Below, piece after piece: positions 45,178 to 54,130 of a stretch of DNA of 58,468 nt. Origin of the DNA: Sedimentisphaerales bacterium (lineage in GTDB: Bacteria > Planctomycetota > Phycisphaerae > Sedimentisphaerales > UBA12454); NCBI GenBank assembly GCA_049691175.1, contig JBAVNP010000015.1, forward strand, positions 1 to 58,468. The letters run 5' to 3'. How positions within the stretch are numbered: position 1 is the first letter of the stretch; each line of letters starts with the position of its first letter. The position numbers and the translations under genes are program-made. The notes beneath the pieces were generated by a model. That model was not told the DNA's origin. It did no database searches and saw nothing but the letters and a program-made list of their open reading frames with translations.

Positions 45178-46311
45178 ATGCAGAAAATTAATGTTAAAAT
45201 TCCGGCTTGTTCCAAAGGCAGTTATACGATAACTATCGGCGCCGGATTTTTGCCGTCGGTGCTTTCGAATATTAAAAAACTCCTGCCGAAAAAAGAGTTG
45301 TTTTTAATTACAGATTCGAATGTCGCCAAAACAAAACATTTTAAGAATTTGCTCGGACTTCGGCGAGCTCAGTCGAGCCGCAAAGAACATTTGCCGCGAT
45401 ACGTAATTACTCCTGCCGGCGAAAAATCAAAAAATATAAAGACTGTTACAAAAATCATCGAAACAATGGAGAAAAAGGCTCTCGGTAGGGATTGCGCCAT
45501 AATCGCTCTTGGCGGCGGTACCGTCGGCGATATCGCGGGCTTCGTCGCCGCCATATACAAAAGAGGCGTCCCGGTAATTCAAATACCGACAACAACGGTT
45601 GCGCAGGCGGATTCCGCCATAGGCGGAAAAACGGGCGTCGATTCTTCCGTCAGCAAAAACGCGTTTGGCGTATTTAAAAATCCCGCCGCTGTTTTCATTG
45701 ATGTAAGCACATTAAGGACTCTCGATGAAAAACAATTTAACACGGGTCTTGTCGAATCAATAAAACATTCGCTGATTGCGGACGAAAAGTATTTCGTTTA
45801 TCTGCAAAAAAATCTGAAAGGCATTCTCGAAAGAAAATATAAACCTCTTGAATATATCGCTGTAAAAAATTGTAAGATAAAAGCCGCCGTTGTCGAAGAC
45901 GACCCTTATGAAAAAAATAAAAGGCGAATATTAAATTACGGCCATACAATCGGCCACGCAATTGAGTCGGCGAGCAATTACAAACTTCTGCACGGCCAGG
46001 CAGTCGCTATAGGAATTATCGCTGCAAATATTATCGAGCAAAAACTCAGGTTAGGCGGCAAAGAAAGGCTCGAAACGCTTAAAAAACTATTTGGGAAATT
46101 AAATATCAGTTTGAAAATACCAAAAACTATCACTAAGCGGCGGATTCTTGATATAATCAGCAGAGACAAAAAGGCCATCCGCAAATGGCCGCGTTTTGTG
46201 CTGCTTGAAAAAACAGGAAAAGTCCTGTGCAAAAACGGACAATTCGCGATTCAGGTGGAACGTAAAATTGTTGAAGAAACAATCGATATATTATTGAAAC
46301 AGAAATTTTGA
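45178..46311 (+). CDS. aroB: 3-dehydroquinate synthase
   Basis: GGGTVGDIAGF, PTT..AQ.DS..GGKT and metal-binding His motifs. Confidence 0.9.
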   Translation: MQKINVKIPACSKGSYTITIGAGFLPSVLSNIKKLLPKKELFLITDSNVAKTKHFKNLLGLRRAQSSRKEHLPRYVITPAGEKSKNIKTVTKIIETMEKKALGRDCAIIALGGGTVGDIAGFVAAIYKRGVPVIQIPTTTVAQADSAIGGKTGVDSSVSKNAFGVFKNPAAVFIDVSTLRTLDEKQFNTGLVESIKHSLIADEKYFVYLQKNLKGILERKYKPLEYIAVKNCKIKAAVVEDDPYEKNKRRILNYGHTIGHAIESASNYKLLHGQAVAIGIIAANIIEQKLRLGGKERLETLKKLFGKLNISLKIPKTITKRRILDIISRDKKAIRKWPRFVLLEKTGKVLCKNGQFAIQVERKIVEETIDILLKQKF

Positions 46312-46319
46312 GGTAAAAA

Positions 46320-47273
46320 ATGTTCAGAGAAAAAATCAAGGTTCTTGACTGCACCATCAGGGATGGAGGCCTGATTAACAATCACTATTTCACGGACGAA
46401 TTTGTCCGAGCCGCATATAAGGCGCTTTCAGAAGCAGGTATCGACTATATGGAAATGGGTTATCGTTCCAGCAAAGTGCTGGCACCGGAAACCAATTACG
46501 GCCCGTGGAAATACTGCGACGATGAGAAAATCAACAGGATTACCGATGGCATCGAGTCTAATATGAAAATCTCCATTATGGTCGATGCGCATCGCGTCAA
46601 GGAGCAGCAGTTCAAACCTGCGGACCAGAGTCCGGTTGATATGATTCGCGTTGCAACTTATGTAAAAGACATCGACAAGGCCATCGCTATGCTCAATATC
46701 GCCCACGACCTCGGCTATGAAACCACCGTAAATATAATGGCAGTATCTACTGAGGTTGAAAAAGACCTCGTCGAGGCGCTCGACCAGCTTGCTAAAACTC
46801 CTGTCCAGGTTGTTTATGTTGTTGACAGTTACGGATACTTCTACTGTGAACAGATTGAATACATGGTTAAGCTCTACCGCCAGCATCTGCCGGCAAGCAA
46901 GGAAATCGGCATACATTGCCATAACAATCAGCAATTGGCCTTCGCAAATACAATCGAGGCAATAATCCACAACGCCAATTTTGTTGACGCGTCGCTCTAC
47001 GGTATCGGAAGAGGCGCGGGCAACTGTCCACTCGAATTGATTATGGGGTTCCTGAAAAATCCCAAGTTCAGCCTTACGCCGATTTTGAAAGTCATAGAGG
47101 ATTATATGATTCCAATGCGGAAGGAGCTTGAATGGGGCTATTTGATCCCATTTATAGTTACAGGCATACTTAACAGGCATCCGGAGTCGGCCATCAGTTT
47201 CCGGAAAACAAAGGAGAAGGACAAATACGCCGAGTTCTACGAGAAAATCAGGGACTCGCTCGATACCATATAA
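46320..47273 (+). CDS. DRE-TIM (HMGL-like) aldolase/carboxyltransferase-domain protein
   Basis: DCTIRDGG, HCHNN and GRGAGN motifs of the HMGL-like family. Substrate unknown. Confidence 0.72.
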   Translation: MFREKIKVLDCTIRDGGLINNHYFTDEFVRAAYKALSEAGIDYMEMGYRSSKVLAPETNYGPWKYCDDEKINRITDGIESNMKISIMVDAHRVKEQQFKPADQSPVDMIRVATYVKDIDKAIAMLNIAHDLGYETTVNIMAVSTEVEKDLVEALDQLAKTPVQVVYVVDSYGYFYCEQIEYMVKLYRQHLPASKEIGIHCHNNQQLAFANTIEAIIHNANFVDASLYGIGRGAGNCPLELIMGFLKNPKFSLTPILKVIEDYMIPMRKELEWGYLIPFIVTGILNRHPESAISFRKTKEKDKYAEFYEKIRDSLDTI

Positions 47274-47289
47274 TTAGAATAGCGCAACA

Positions 47290-47323
47290 AAAAAGGGTTA
47301 GGCTTCTTCTTCCTACCCTTTTT
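47290..47323. terminator. bidirectional hairpin terminator between convergent genes
   Basis: AAAAAGGGTTAGG-9 nt-CCTACCCTTTTT, with A and T runs on either side. Confidence 0.6.
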
Positions 47324-47359
47324 CGCTTCACCAGTTCTTCAAACTTCTATCTTCTTCCC

Positions 47360-47923
47360 CTATTTTCTTCTTATAAAAGCTAATGCGCCAAGACCCAGCA
47401 GCAGCATTGTCGCCGGTTCTGGAACGGGTGTTGGATACACACATATCCGGAATGACGGCCAGCAATGTGTTGTGTTGTCAGTATATAATTTGATTATCGC
47501 TTTTTCGCCAGCCTCGATTGGACTATCATAGAAAAATAAATCCATCGTGGCACCGTACGGAGCATCATTGTCAATTAACCATGTCAGATCTTCATATTTC
47601 TGCCATGTATAACCTTCCTTGAGCCACAGCTCCGGAGCCGGTGTGTCTTTAAAGTCCACATCGCTGCCCCAGAAGCTGAAGAGTCTCAGATGGAAATCGC
47701 CCCAATCCTCACCACATATATTTCTCACCGTCAGCGTTGCATAGCCTTTAAACGGATCTGCGTCATTATGATCCAATGGCAACTCAGAACCGGAGCCTAT
47801 CCAATCAATATCTAACGGGTCTTCCTCGGTGCCCCATGAACCGTCGTGAGCATATACTACCGTTGTAAAAATAAAAAGGGAGAAACCGAATAGAAACGCA
47901 ACACTTAACTTCTTCATCTTCAC
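47360..47923 (-). CDS. PEP-CTERM sorting-domain secreted protein
   Basis: Signal peptide and a C-terminal VPEPATMLLLGLGALAFIRRK. Confidence 0.8.
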   Translation of the reverse strand: MKMKKLSVAFLFGFSLFIFTTVVYAHDGSWGTEEDPLDIDWIGSGSELPLDHNDADPFKGYATLTVRNICGEDWGDFHLRLFSFWGSDVDFKDTPAPELWLKEGYTWQKYEDLTWLIDNDAPYGATMDLFFYDSPIEAGEKAIIKLYTDNTTHCWPSFRICVYPTPVPEPATMLLLGLGALAFIRRK

Positions 47924-48123
47924 AGCTCCATTATTAAAATACTTCTATTTATACTAAGTGGTATTGTATCATAATCCCGTTTTTTGTCAAGAAAAATCCA
48001 AAAAAACTATATAAAAATTCTCTACAAATAACTCTATAACCTATCCATATTAGGAAATTACAGGGTTTTTTCTCTGCGAAAAACACACAAGTTCAATTTA
48101 ATCATCGGGTTAAGTAAAATCGC

Positions 48124-48152
48124 TTGCAAAAAATAGCCCATTTCTATAAAAT
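48124..48152 (+). promoter_or_regulatory. sigma-70-like promoter (TTGCAA-17 nt-TAAAAT) for ffh
   Basis: -35 at 48124-48129 and -10 at 48147-48152, 50 nt upstream of the ffh ATG. Confidence 0.5.
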
Positions 48153-48201
48153 TGCCCCCTCGTCAAAGAACCGATAACCGTGTTTCTGATAACTGACAGA
48201 T

Positions 48202-49629
48202 ATGTTTGATGCTTTAACCGAAAAATTTAATAATGTTTTTCGAGTGCTGACCAATCGCGGCAGGATAACTGAAGCGAATGTTTCAGACGCTATGAACGAT
48301 GTCCGCAAGGCCCTGCTCGAAGCGGATGTAAATTACCACGTCGTAAAGCAGTTCTGCAAAGACGTCCGTGATGCCGCTATGGGCGCCGAAGTCATAAAGG
48401 CCCTGCGGCCCGGACAGGTTATGATAAAAATCGTCAACGATGAGTTGACAAAACTAATGGGGCCTGTCGATTCGAAAATCTATTTTGTTACACCCGGCCC
48501 AACGGTAATTCTGCTCGCAGGTCTTCAGGGAAGCGGAAAAACAACAACCGCCGCGAAACTCGGCAAATACATCGTCTCAAAAGGCAAAAAAACCCTCCTC
48601 GTGGCAGACGACCTTCAGAGACCGGCTGCTATCGAACAGCTCATAATCCTCGGTCAGCAGTTAAACATTGATGTTTACAGCGAGCCGGATTCAAAAAATT
48701 CCGTTAAAGTCGCAAAAAACGCCTTAAAACACGCCAAAGACAATGGCTACGACACCGTTATTCTGGATACAGCCGGCAGACTCCACGTAGATGAAGAAAT
48801 GATGGCAGAGGTTGCCAACATCGCAAAAGCAACCACTCCCCATCAGATTTATTTAGTCTGCGATGCGATGACAGGCCAGGATGCCGTCAACAGCGCAAAG
48901 GAATTTAATCAACGGCTTGAACTTGACGGCGTTATCCTTACAAAACTCGATGGCGACGCAAGAGGCGGAGCGGCATTAAGTGTCAAAGCCGTTACCGGAA
49001 AACCAATAAAATTTATCGGTGTCGGCGAAAAATTAGACAAACTCGAAGAATTCCACCCAGACAGAATGGCAAGCCGAATTCTCGGTATGGGCGATGTCGT
49101 CGGCCTGGTTGAGAAGGCTCAGGAGCAGTTTGACGCTGAAGAAGCCGCGAAAATGCAGAAAAAAATGGCTAAAGGCACCTTTGGCTTCGACGATTTCCTA
49201 AAACAGATGCAAAGTGTCCGGAAAATGGGCGGTATGGCCGATATGCTCAAAATGCTGCCCGGTATGAGCGGCAAAATGGCCGGTATGGACATTGATGAAG
49301 GAGAAATGGGAAAAATTGAGGCAATAATTCACTCAATGACACTTGAGGAAAGAAAAAATCCCGATATAATTAGCCCCTCGCGCAGGAGGCGCATCGCCGC
49401 AGGCTCCGGCACTGACCAGCACGATGTCTCAGGACTTGTAAAGACTTTTGAACGAAGCAGGGATATGCTTAAAGCCTTATCAGGCGGAGCGTTAGGTGGT
49501 TTCAAAGCCCTGTTTTCCGGAGGCGGAATGGACGCTATCGGCTCTATGATGAGCCGGGGCAAAAAGATAAAACAGCGTTCCCGGCGAAAACAGAAAATCG
49601 TAAGAAAGGGCAAAATAAGATACCGGTAG
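48202..49629 (+). CDS. ffh: signal recognition particle protein Ffh
   Basis: NG domain (GLQGSGKTTT, DTAGR, TKLDGD) and a Met-rich M domain. Confidence 0.96.
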   Translation: MFDALTEKFNNVFRVLTNRGRITEANVSDAMNDVRKALLEADVNYHVVKQFCKDVRDAAMGAEVIKALRPGQVMIKIVNDELTKLMGPVDSKIYFVTPGPTVILLAGLQGSGKTTTAAKLGKYIVSKGKKTLLVADDLQRPAAIEQLIILGQQLNIDVYSEPDSKNSVKVAKNALKHAKDNGYDTVILDTAGRLHVDEEMMAEVANIAKATTPHQIYLVCDAMTGQDAVNSAKEFNQRLELDGVILTKLDGDARGGAALSVKAVTGKPIKFIGVGEKLDKLEEFHPDRMASRILGMGDVVGLVEKAQEQFDAEEAAKMQKKMAKGTFGFDDFLKQMQSVRKMGGMADMLKMLPGMSGKMAGMDIDEGEMGKIEAIIHSMTLEERKNPDIISPSRRRRIAAGSGTDQHDVSGLVKTFERSRDMLKALSGGALGGFKALFSGGGMDAIGSMMSRGKKIKQRSRRKQKIVRKGKIRYR

Positions 49630-49745
49630 AGCAAAAAATAACGCTGAAGCAGTTTCTCGAAAAAGTCGCTCAGAAAACTGACGATTCTTTCGGAAAACAG
49701 TTCAGAACGCTTTTTGCGGACAACAAAGGCTCGGCGGAAATTGCT

Positions 49746-49943
49746 ATGCTGGCAAGCCCGACCAGTATCGAAATCGGCCAGTTGCGAAAGGCCGTTGCGA
49801 TAATGACGGAATCGGAATTGAAAAACGCCGATTTGCTCACGGACCAGCAGGTAAAAAAAATCGCGCAGGACGCAGGGATAGATTCGGCGTTATTTGCGAT
49901 TTTTATTAATGGTTACGCTTTAAATTGCAAACGTGTTTCCTGA
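49746..49943 (+). CDS. hypothetical small protein; true start uncertain
   Basis: The frame is open and protein-like from 49629 onward, but the first ATG/GTG/TTG is at 49746. No family recognised. Confidence 0.35.
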   Translation: MLASPTSIEIGQLRKAVAIMTESELKNADLLTDQQVKKIAQDAGIDSALFAIFINGYALNCKRVS

Positions 49944-49993
49944 TGACTTTGTGTCGGAAGGAATATTAATTATAAACGGAAAGGAAAATAATT

Positions 49994-50458
49994 ATGGCAG
50001 TGAAGTTAAGACTTATGAGAATGGGAAGAAGGCACAAGCCTTTCTTCCGGCTTAACGCTATCGACACCCGCACGCCTCGTGACGGGAAAATTATCGAGAA
50101 GTTAGGCCATTATGACCCGATTGAAAAAGACCCGGCCAAACAGCTCGTCCTTAAAAAGGATAGAATCGAATACTGGTTGGGTGTCGGCGCCGTGCCGAGT
50201 GAAACTGTCGCGGAGCTTATCGCGAAAATCGGCATCGAAAGCGAACATTACAAACAAGTCAAGGCACGCAGAAAAAGAGCTAAACTTGCGGCAAGGAAAA
50301 AAAACGTGCCTTTCGATAATACGCAAAGATTGATTGCGAAAAAGGCTGCTGAAAAAGCGGCAGCGGAAAAACCGGCCGAAGCGGCTGCTGAAAAGCCTGC
50401 TGAAAAAACCGCTGAAAAGCCCGCTGAAAAAACCGAAAAAAAAGCGGATAAAAAGTGA
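49994..50458 (+). CDS. rpsP: 30S ribosomal protein S16 with Lys/Ala/Glu-rich C-terminal extension
   Basis: [21 protein letters not shown]-terminus. C-terminal AEKPAEK repeats. Confidence 0.93.
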   Translation: MAVKLRLMRMGRRHKPFFRLNAIDTRTPRDGKIIEKLGHYDPIEKDPAKQLVLKKDRIEYWLGVGAVPSETVAELIAKIGIESEHYKQVKARRKRAKLAARKKNVPFDNTQRLIAKKAAEKAAAEKPAEAAAEKPAEKTAEKPAEKTEKKADKK

Positions 50459-51153
50459 TTAGGATAGATGTTCTTACGCTTTTTACGGAAATGTTCGATT
50501 CGCCGCTTGCCTTTTCGATTGTAAAGCGTGCAAGGCAAAACGGCCTGGTCGAAATAGTTCTTTCAAATATCAGAGATTTCGCTAAAGACAGCTACAAAAA
50601 AGTCGATGACAAATCCTACGGCGGCGGAGCCGGGATGGTTATGATGTGTCAGCCCGTGCTCGATTGTCTCCAGCACGTGCAAAAACAGGATTCAAGACCC
50701 GCCCGGATTATTCTGCTTGCGCCGCAGGGGAAAAAATTCGACCAGCAGCTTGCCAAAGAGCTTGCCGCCGAGCAGAGAATTATTCTCATTGCCGGCCATT
50801 ACGAAGGCTTCGACGAAAGAATCAGAATCAGCACTGGTGCTGAGGAAGTCTCAATCGGCGATTATGTCCTCAGCGGCGGAGAATTGCCGGCTATGGTTAT
50901 AATTGATGCCGTTGTCCGATTGCTGCCCGGCGCGCTGGGCGACGAAGACTCGGCAGCAAATGACTCTTTCAGTGACGGTCTTCTGGAATATCCGCAATAT
51001 ACAAGGCCGGAGGATTTCAAAGGCTTGAAAGTGCCCGATGTGCTGCTTAGCGGAAATCATAAGGAAATAGAAAAATGGCGAAAACAGCAGGCCCTCGAAA
51101 AAACAAAGAAAAACAGGCCTGACCTGTTCAATAAAAGTAAAAACTCAGATTGA
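50455..51153 (+). CDS. trmD: tRNA (guanine37-N1)-methyltransferase
   Basis: TrmD pattern ([25 protein letters not shown]). The GTG start overlaps the rpsP stop. Confidence 0.95.
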   Translation: MIRIDVLTLFTEMFDSPLAFSIVKRARQNGLVEIVLSNIRDFAKDSYKKVDDKSYGGGAGMVMMCQPVLDCLQHVQKQDSRPARIILLAPQGKKFDQQLAKELAAEQRIILIAGHYEGFDERIRISTGAEEVSIGDYVLSGGELPAMVIIDAVVRLLPGALGDEDSAANDSFSDGLLEYPQYTRPEDFKGLKVPDVLLSGNHKEIEKWRKQQALEKTKKNRPDLFNKSKNSD

Positions 51154-51174
51154 TGATAAAAAAGGAGCAAAACA

Positions 51175-51549
51175 GTGAAAACTGAAATACTTGATTCGGT
51201 AGAAAAGAAAAGTTTAAAAACCGAAATTCCGAAATTCGAGGTGGGCGATACGGTCGATGTGCACTGTAAAATCACCGAAGGCGACAAGACCCGCATCCAG
51301 ATATTCACCGGCACCGTGATTGCCAGAAAAGGCCGGGGAATGGGTGAGTCTTTCATCGTTCGAAGAATCGTCGGCGACGAAGGCGTTGAAAGGGTCTTCC
51401 CCCTGCATTCGCCCAATGTCGTTAGTGTAAAAACCATTCGAGGCGGAAGAACAAGAAGAGCCAAGCTTTATTATCTCAGGCAGCGAAGCGGAAAGTCCGT
51501 AAAACTATCGGAAGAAAAACGAACTGAATCTGCCAATCCCAAATCATAA
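51175..51549 (+). CDS. rplS: 50S ribosomal protein L19
   Basis: FEVGDTVDVH..I.EG.K.R.Q.F.G.VIA pattern. GTG start. Confidence 0.95.
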   Translation: MKTEILDSVEKKSLKTEIPKFEVGDTVDVHCKITEGDKTRIQIFTGTVIARKGRGMGESFIVRRIVGDEGVERVFPLHSPNVVSVKTIRGGRTRRAKLYYLRQRSGKSVKLSEEKRTESANPKS

Positions 51550-51573
51550 AGCTCCTCTGCTCCAGGTGGATTT

Positions 51574-51999
51574 GTGCTTTTCAGCAGGAATCAAAAAAAG
51601 CCGCTTTCTCCCACCCGCCCCGAGGCGAGGTCTCTCCAGAGGCTGATCCGCCTGCTCGGCAGACAGGGTCAGAAACTGTGCGAAAAATTCCTCCGAGCAA
51701 AAGGTTATAAAACACTGACGAGAAATTTCTCCTGCAGAATGGGAGAAATCGACCTTGTTATGATGGATAACGATGCTGTGGTTTTTGTTGAGGTAAAGGC
51801 TCGGACCAATGAGGCTTTCGCCGATGCCGAAGCGGCTGTTACAAAGGCAAAGCAGGTTAGAATGACAAGGGCTGCGAATCTTTTCATAAAAAAACACAAA
51901 CTCGAAAATCTGCCTCTCCGTTTCGATGTGGTGATATTAATAACCGATGGAAAAACCAAACCGCAGATAAGACATTATGAAAACGCTTTTGTCCCTTAA
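51574..51999 (+). CDS. yraN: YraN family (UPF0102) endonuclease-like protein
   Basis: GEIDLVMMDNDAVVFVEVKAR motif. Confidence 0.85.
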   Translation: MLFSRNQKKPLSPTRPEARSLQRLIRLLGRQGQKLCEKFLRAKGYKTLTRNFSCRMGEIDLVMMDNDAVVFVEVKARTNEAFADAEAAVTKAKQVRMTRAANLFIKKHKLENLPLRFDVVILITDGKTKPQIRHYENAFVP

Positions 52000-52002
52000 T
52001 AT

Positions 52003-52800
52003 ATGAATCTTATAGACTCACACGCACATTTGACTTTCGACCAGCTTCAAAAAGACCTTGACGCTGTTTTGCAGCGAAGCCTCGCGGCAGGTGTTGCCGG
52101 CTGGATAACAGTAGGCACCGATACCGGGCAGAATGAAAAAGTTATTTCAATCCTCGATAAATATGAAAACCTCTTCGGCACTATCGGCATTCATCCGCAT
52201 TACGCATCCGACACCTCAACCGCCGACATTGAGCAGGTCAAAAACCTTGCGAAGCACAAAAAAATAGTCGCTATTGGCGAAACAGGCCTGGATTTTCATT
52301 ATAATTTTTCAACTAGTGGTGAGCTTAGTCGAACCAAACAGGATGCTCAAAAAGAACTTTTTAAAAATCTGCTCGAAATTGCCGCTCAAAGAAATCTGCC
52401 GGTAATAATTCACTCCAGAAACGCCTTTGACGAAACAATCGCGATTATTGATGAATTCAAAAATAATTTAAAAAACGTCGTCTTTCACTGCTGGGGCGGT
52501 ACCGTTGAGCAGACACAAATCGTCCTCGACAAAGGTTTTCATATTTCATTCACAGGCGTCATAACGTTTAAAAATGCCGACTTGGCAAGACAGGCCGCCA
52601 AAATCGTCCCGCTCGAAAGAATGATGATTGAAACTGATTGTCCTTATATGTCTCCCGAGCCGCACAGGAAGCAAAAAATAAACGAACCATCGCTGTTAAT
52701 TCATACCGCCCGAAAAATTGCGGAATTAAAACAGATACCCTTCGAAAAATTTGCCGACGAAGTAACCAAAACTACAAAAAAATTCTTCGCCCTGCCGTAA
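52003..52800 (+). CDS. tatD: TatD family metal-dependent DNase/hydrolase
   Basis: DSHAHL, GETGLDFHY, HSR, HCW and ETDCPY motifs. Confidence 0.9.
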   Translation: MNLIDSHAHLTFDQLQKDLDAVLQRSLAAGVAGWITVGTDTGQNEKVISILDKYENLFGTIGIHPHYASDTSTADIEQVKNLAKHKKIVAIGETGLDFHYNFSTSGELSRTKQDAQKELFKNLLEIAAQRNLPVIIHSRNAFDETIAIIDEFKNNLKNVVFHCWGGTVEQTQIVLDKGFHISFTGVITFKNADLARQAAKIVPLERMMIETDCPYMSPEPHRKQKINEPSLLIHTARKIAELKQIPFEKFADEVTKTTKKFFALP

Positions 52801-52801
52801 A

Positions 52802-53482
52802 TTAATCAATCAGTTTTTGGGGGGTTGCGACAAGACTTGTTATTTCAACCAGAAATTTCGCGGCATAATCATAAGTTACTATCCTGCCGTCGGCGGCAAG
52901 ACCGAACTCGATAAACTTTTTTGTCTCGGCCCTGTCTTCACATAAAACAGGCTGCTCAATTATTTTCCCGATAGAAAGAATACTGCACTGCCCCGGCGAT
53001 GGTATCGCAAGAAACGAATCTATCCCGAACATCCCCAGCGCCGTCAGCGTTATACACGCTCCCGACATCTCGTCGGGACTTAACTTATTATTTCTCGCCT
53101 TTTCGATAAGCTCGGCGGTTTCCTTTGCGATTTCCGCCAGGCTTTTCTTGTTTGCGTTTTTCACTACCGGCACAACCAATCCTTTCGGAGCGGCGACCGC
53201 CAGACCGATATTGACGCCTTCGGCAATTTCAATATAGTCGCCTTTGAAACTGCCCGCCATCAGCGGATATTTTTCAATTGCCGCCGCCATAGCGCGTATG
53301 AAAAAATCATTAATCGAAATTCTTACGCCCGACTGTTTGCTTATCTGCCGTCGCAAATCAGAAACTACGCCGACATCCGCTTTTGCCGTCAGATAAAAGC
53401 ACGGCTGCATCTGTTTCGATTCGAGCATGCGCTGACCGATGAGTTTCTGTATCCTCGTCAGTGGTATATTTTTTGTGTCCAT
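52802..53482 (-). CDS. standalone 2-oxoacid dehydrogenase E2 catalytic-domain homolog lacking the catalytic His
   Basis: E2 catalytic-fold pattern over 226 aa. The canonical DHRxxDG aligns to DGRIVTY. No lipoyl or subunit-binding domains. Confidence 0.72.
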   Translation of the reverse strand: MDTKNIPLTRIQKLIGQRMLESKQMQPCFYLTAKADVGVVSDLRRQISKQSGVRISINDFFIRAMAAAIEKYPLMAGSFKGDYIEIAEGVNIGLAVAAPKGLVVPVVKNANKKSLAEIAKETAELIEKARNNKLSPDEMSGACITLTALGMFGIDSFLAIPSPGQCSILSIGKIIEQPVLCEDRAETKKFIEFGLAADGRIVTYDYAAKFLVEITSLVATPQKLID

Positions 53483-54130
53483 TTACTCGGCAAGAATTAT
53501 GGCTTTCATTTCGCCTAATTGCGATCCGCCTTCGACTACAAGTTTTAATGTGCCGTCAGGCCTGATAAAAAACGCTGTCGGATAGCCTCTAATGCTGCTG
53601 AATGGCTCAGGCAAAGTGCTTTGATTGGAAATTACGGTGTAGCTTATATTTCGGCTTTGCGCCGTTGCCTTTACAGTATCGACGGGTTCATTTGAAATGG
53701 CAAGAATAGCGAGTTTATCCGCCGGCATTATTTCACGAAGCGCGATAAGGTGCGGTATTTCCTCCTGGCACGGCAGACACCACGTCGCCCACATAACCAC
53801 CATCACATTTTTGCCGCGATAATCTTTCAGGCTGTGTGCTTTGCCGTTTATATCCTCAACCTTAAAATCAGGCATCTCTTTGCCATAAAAGTCTGCAAGT
53901 ATCGGATTCCAGGAATTTCTGCGGGCTATAATTTCCTCAAGCGCCTTTGAAACAGCAGGATTTTTTGCCGTTGCCGGAGCGGCGGTCTTATCCGCGGACG
54001 TGGGAGAAGATTGTTTGTCGGTGGGCGCTTTTGCCGGATTGCTTTTTTTACAGCCGGCCAGCGCGATACAGGCCGACAGACAAAAAACCAGAACCAGTTC
54101 AGTTATTGCTGCGGATTTGCTTTTATTCAC
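53483..54130 (-). CDS. TlpA-family thiol:disulfide oxidoreductase lipoprotein
   Basis: Lipobox (LAGC) and thioredoxin CxxC (WATWCLPCQEE). Confidence 0.85.
   Translation of the reverse strand: MNKSKSAAITELVLVFCLSACIALAGCKKSNPAKAPTDKQSSPTSADKTAAPATAKNPAVSKALEEIIARRNSWNPILADFYGKEMPDFKVEDINGKAHSLKDYRGKNVMVVMWATWCLPCQEEIPHLIALREIMPADKLAILAISNEPVDTVKATAQSRNISYTVISNQSTLPEPFSSIRGYPTAFFIRPDGTLKLVVEGGSQLGEMKAIILAE

Noticed and set aside
49555-49629. Programmed -1 frameshift at C-AAA-AAG near the end of ffh, fusing Ffh to the downstream ORF.
   Set aside because: The heptamer is not a full X-XXY-YYZ slippery site and I found no obvious downstream stimulatory structure. Ffh already has a normal basic C-terminus. 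Kept only as a remote alternative under the 49629-49943 finding.
50330-50455. AEKPAEK-type tandem repeats at the 3' end of rpsP as a possible mobile repeat.
   Set aside because: These are in-frame, low-complexity Lys/Ala/Glu extensions, which are common on ribosomal proteins. They have no similarity to the dispersed repeat families noted elsewhere.
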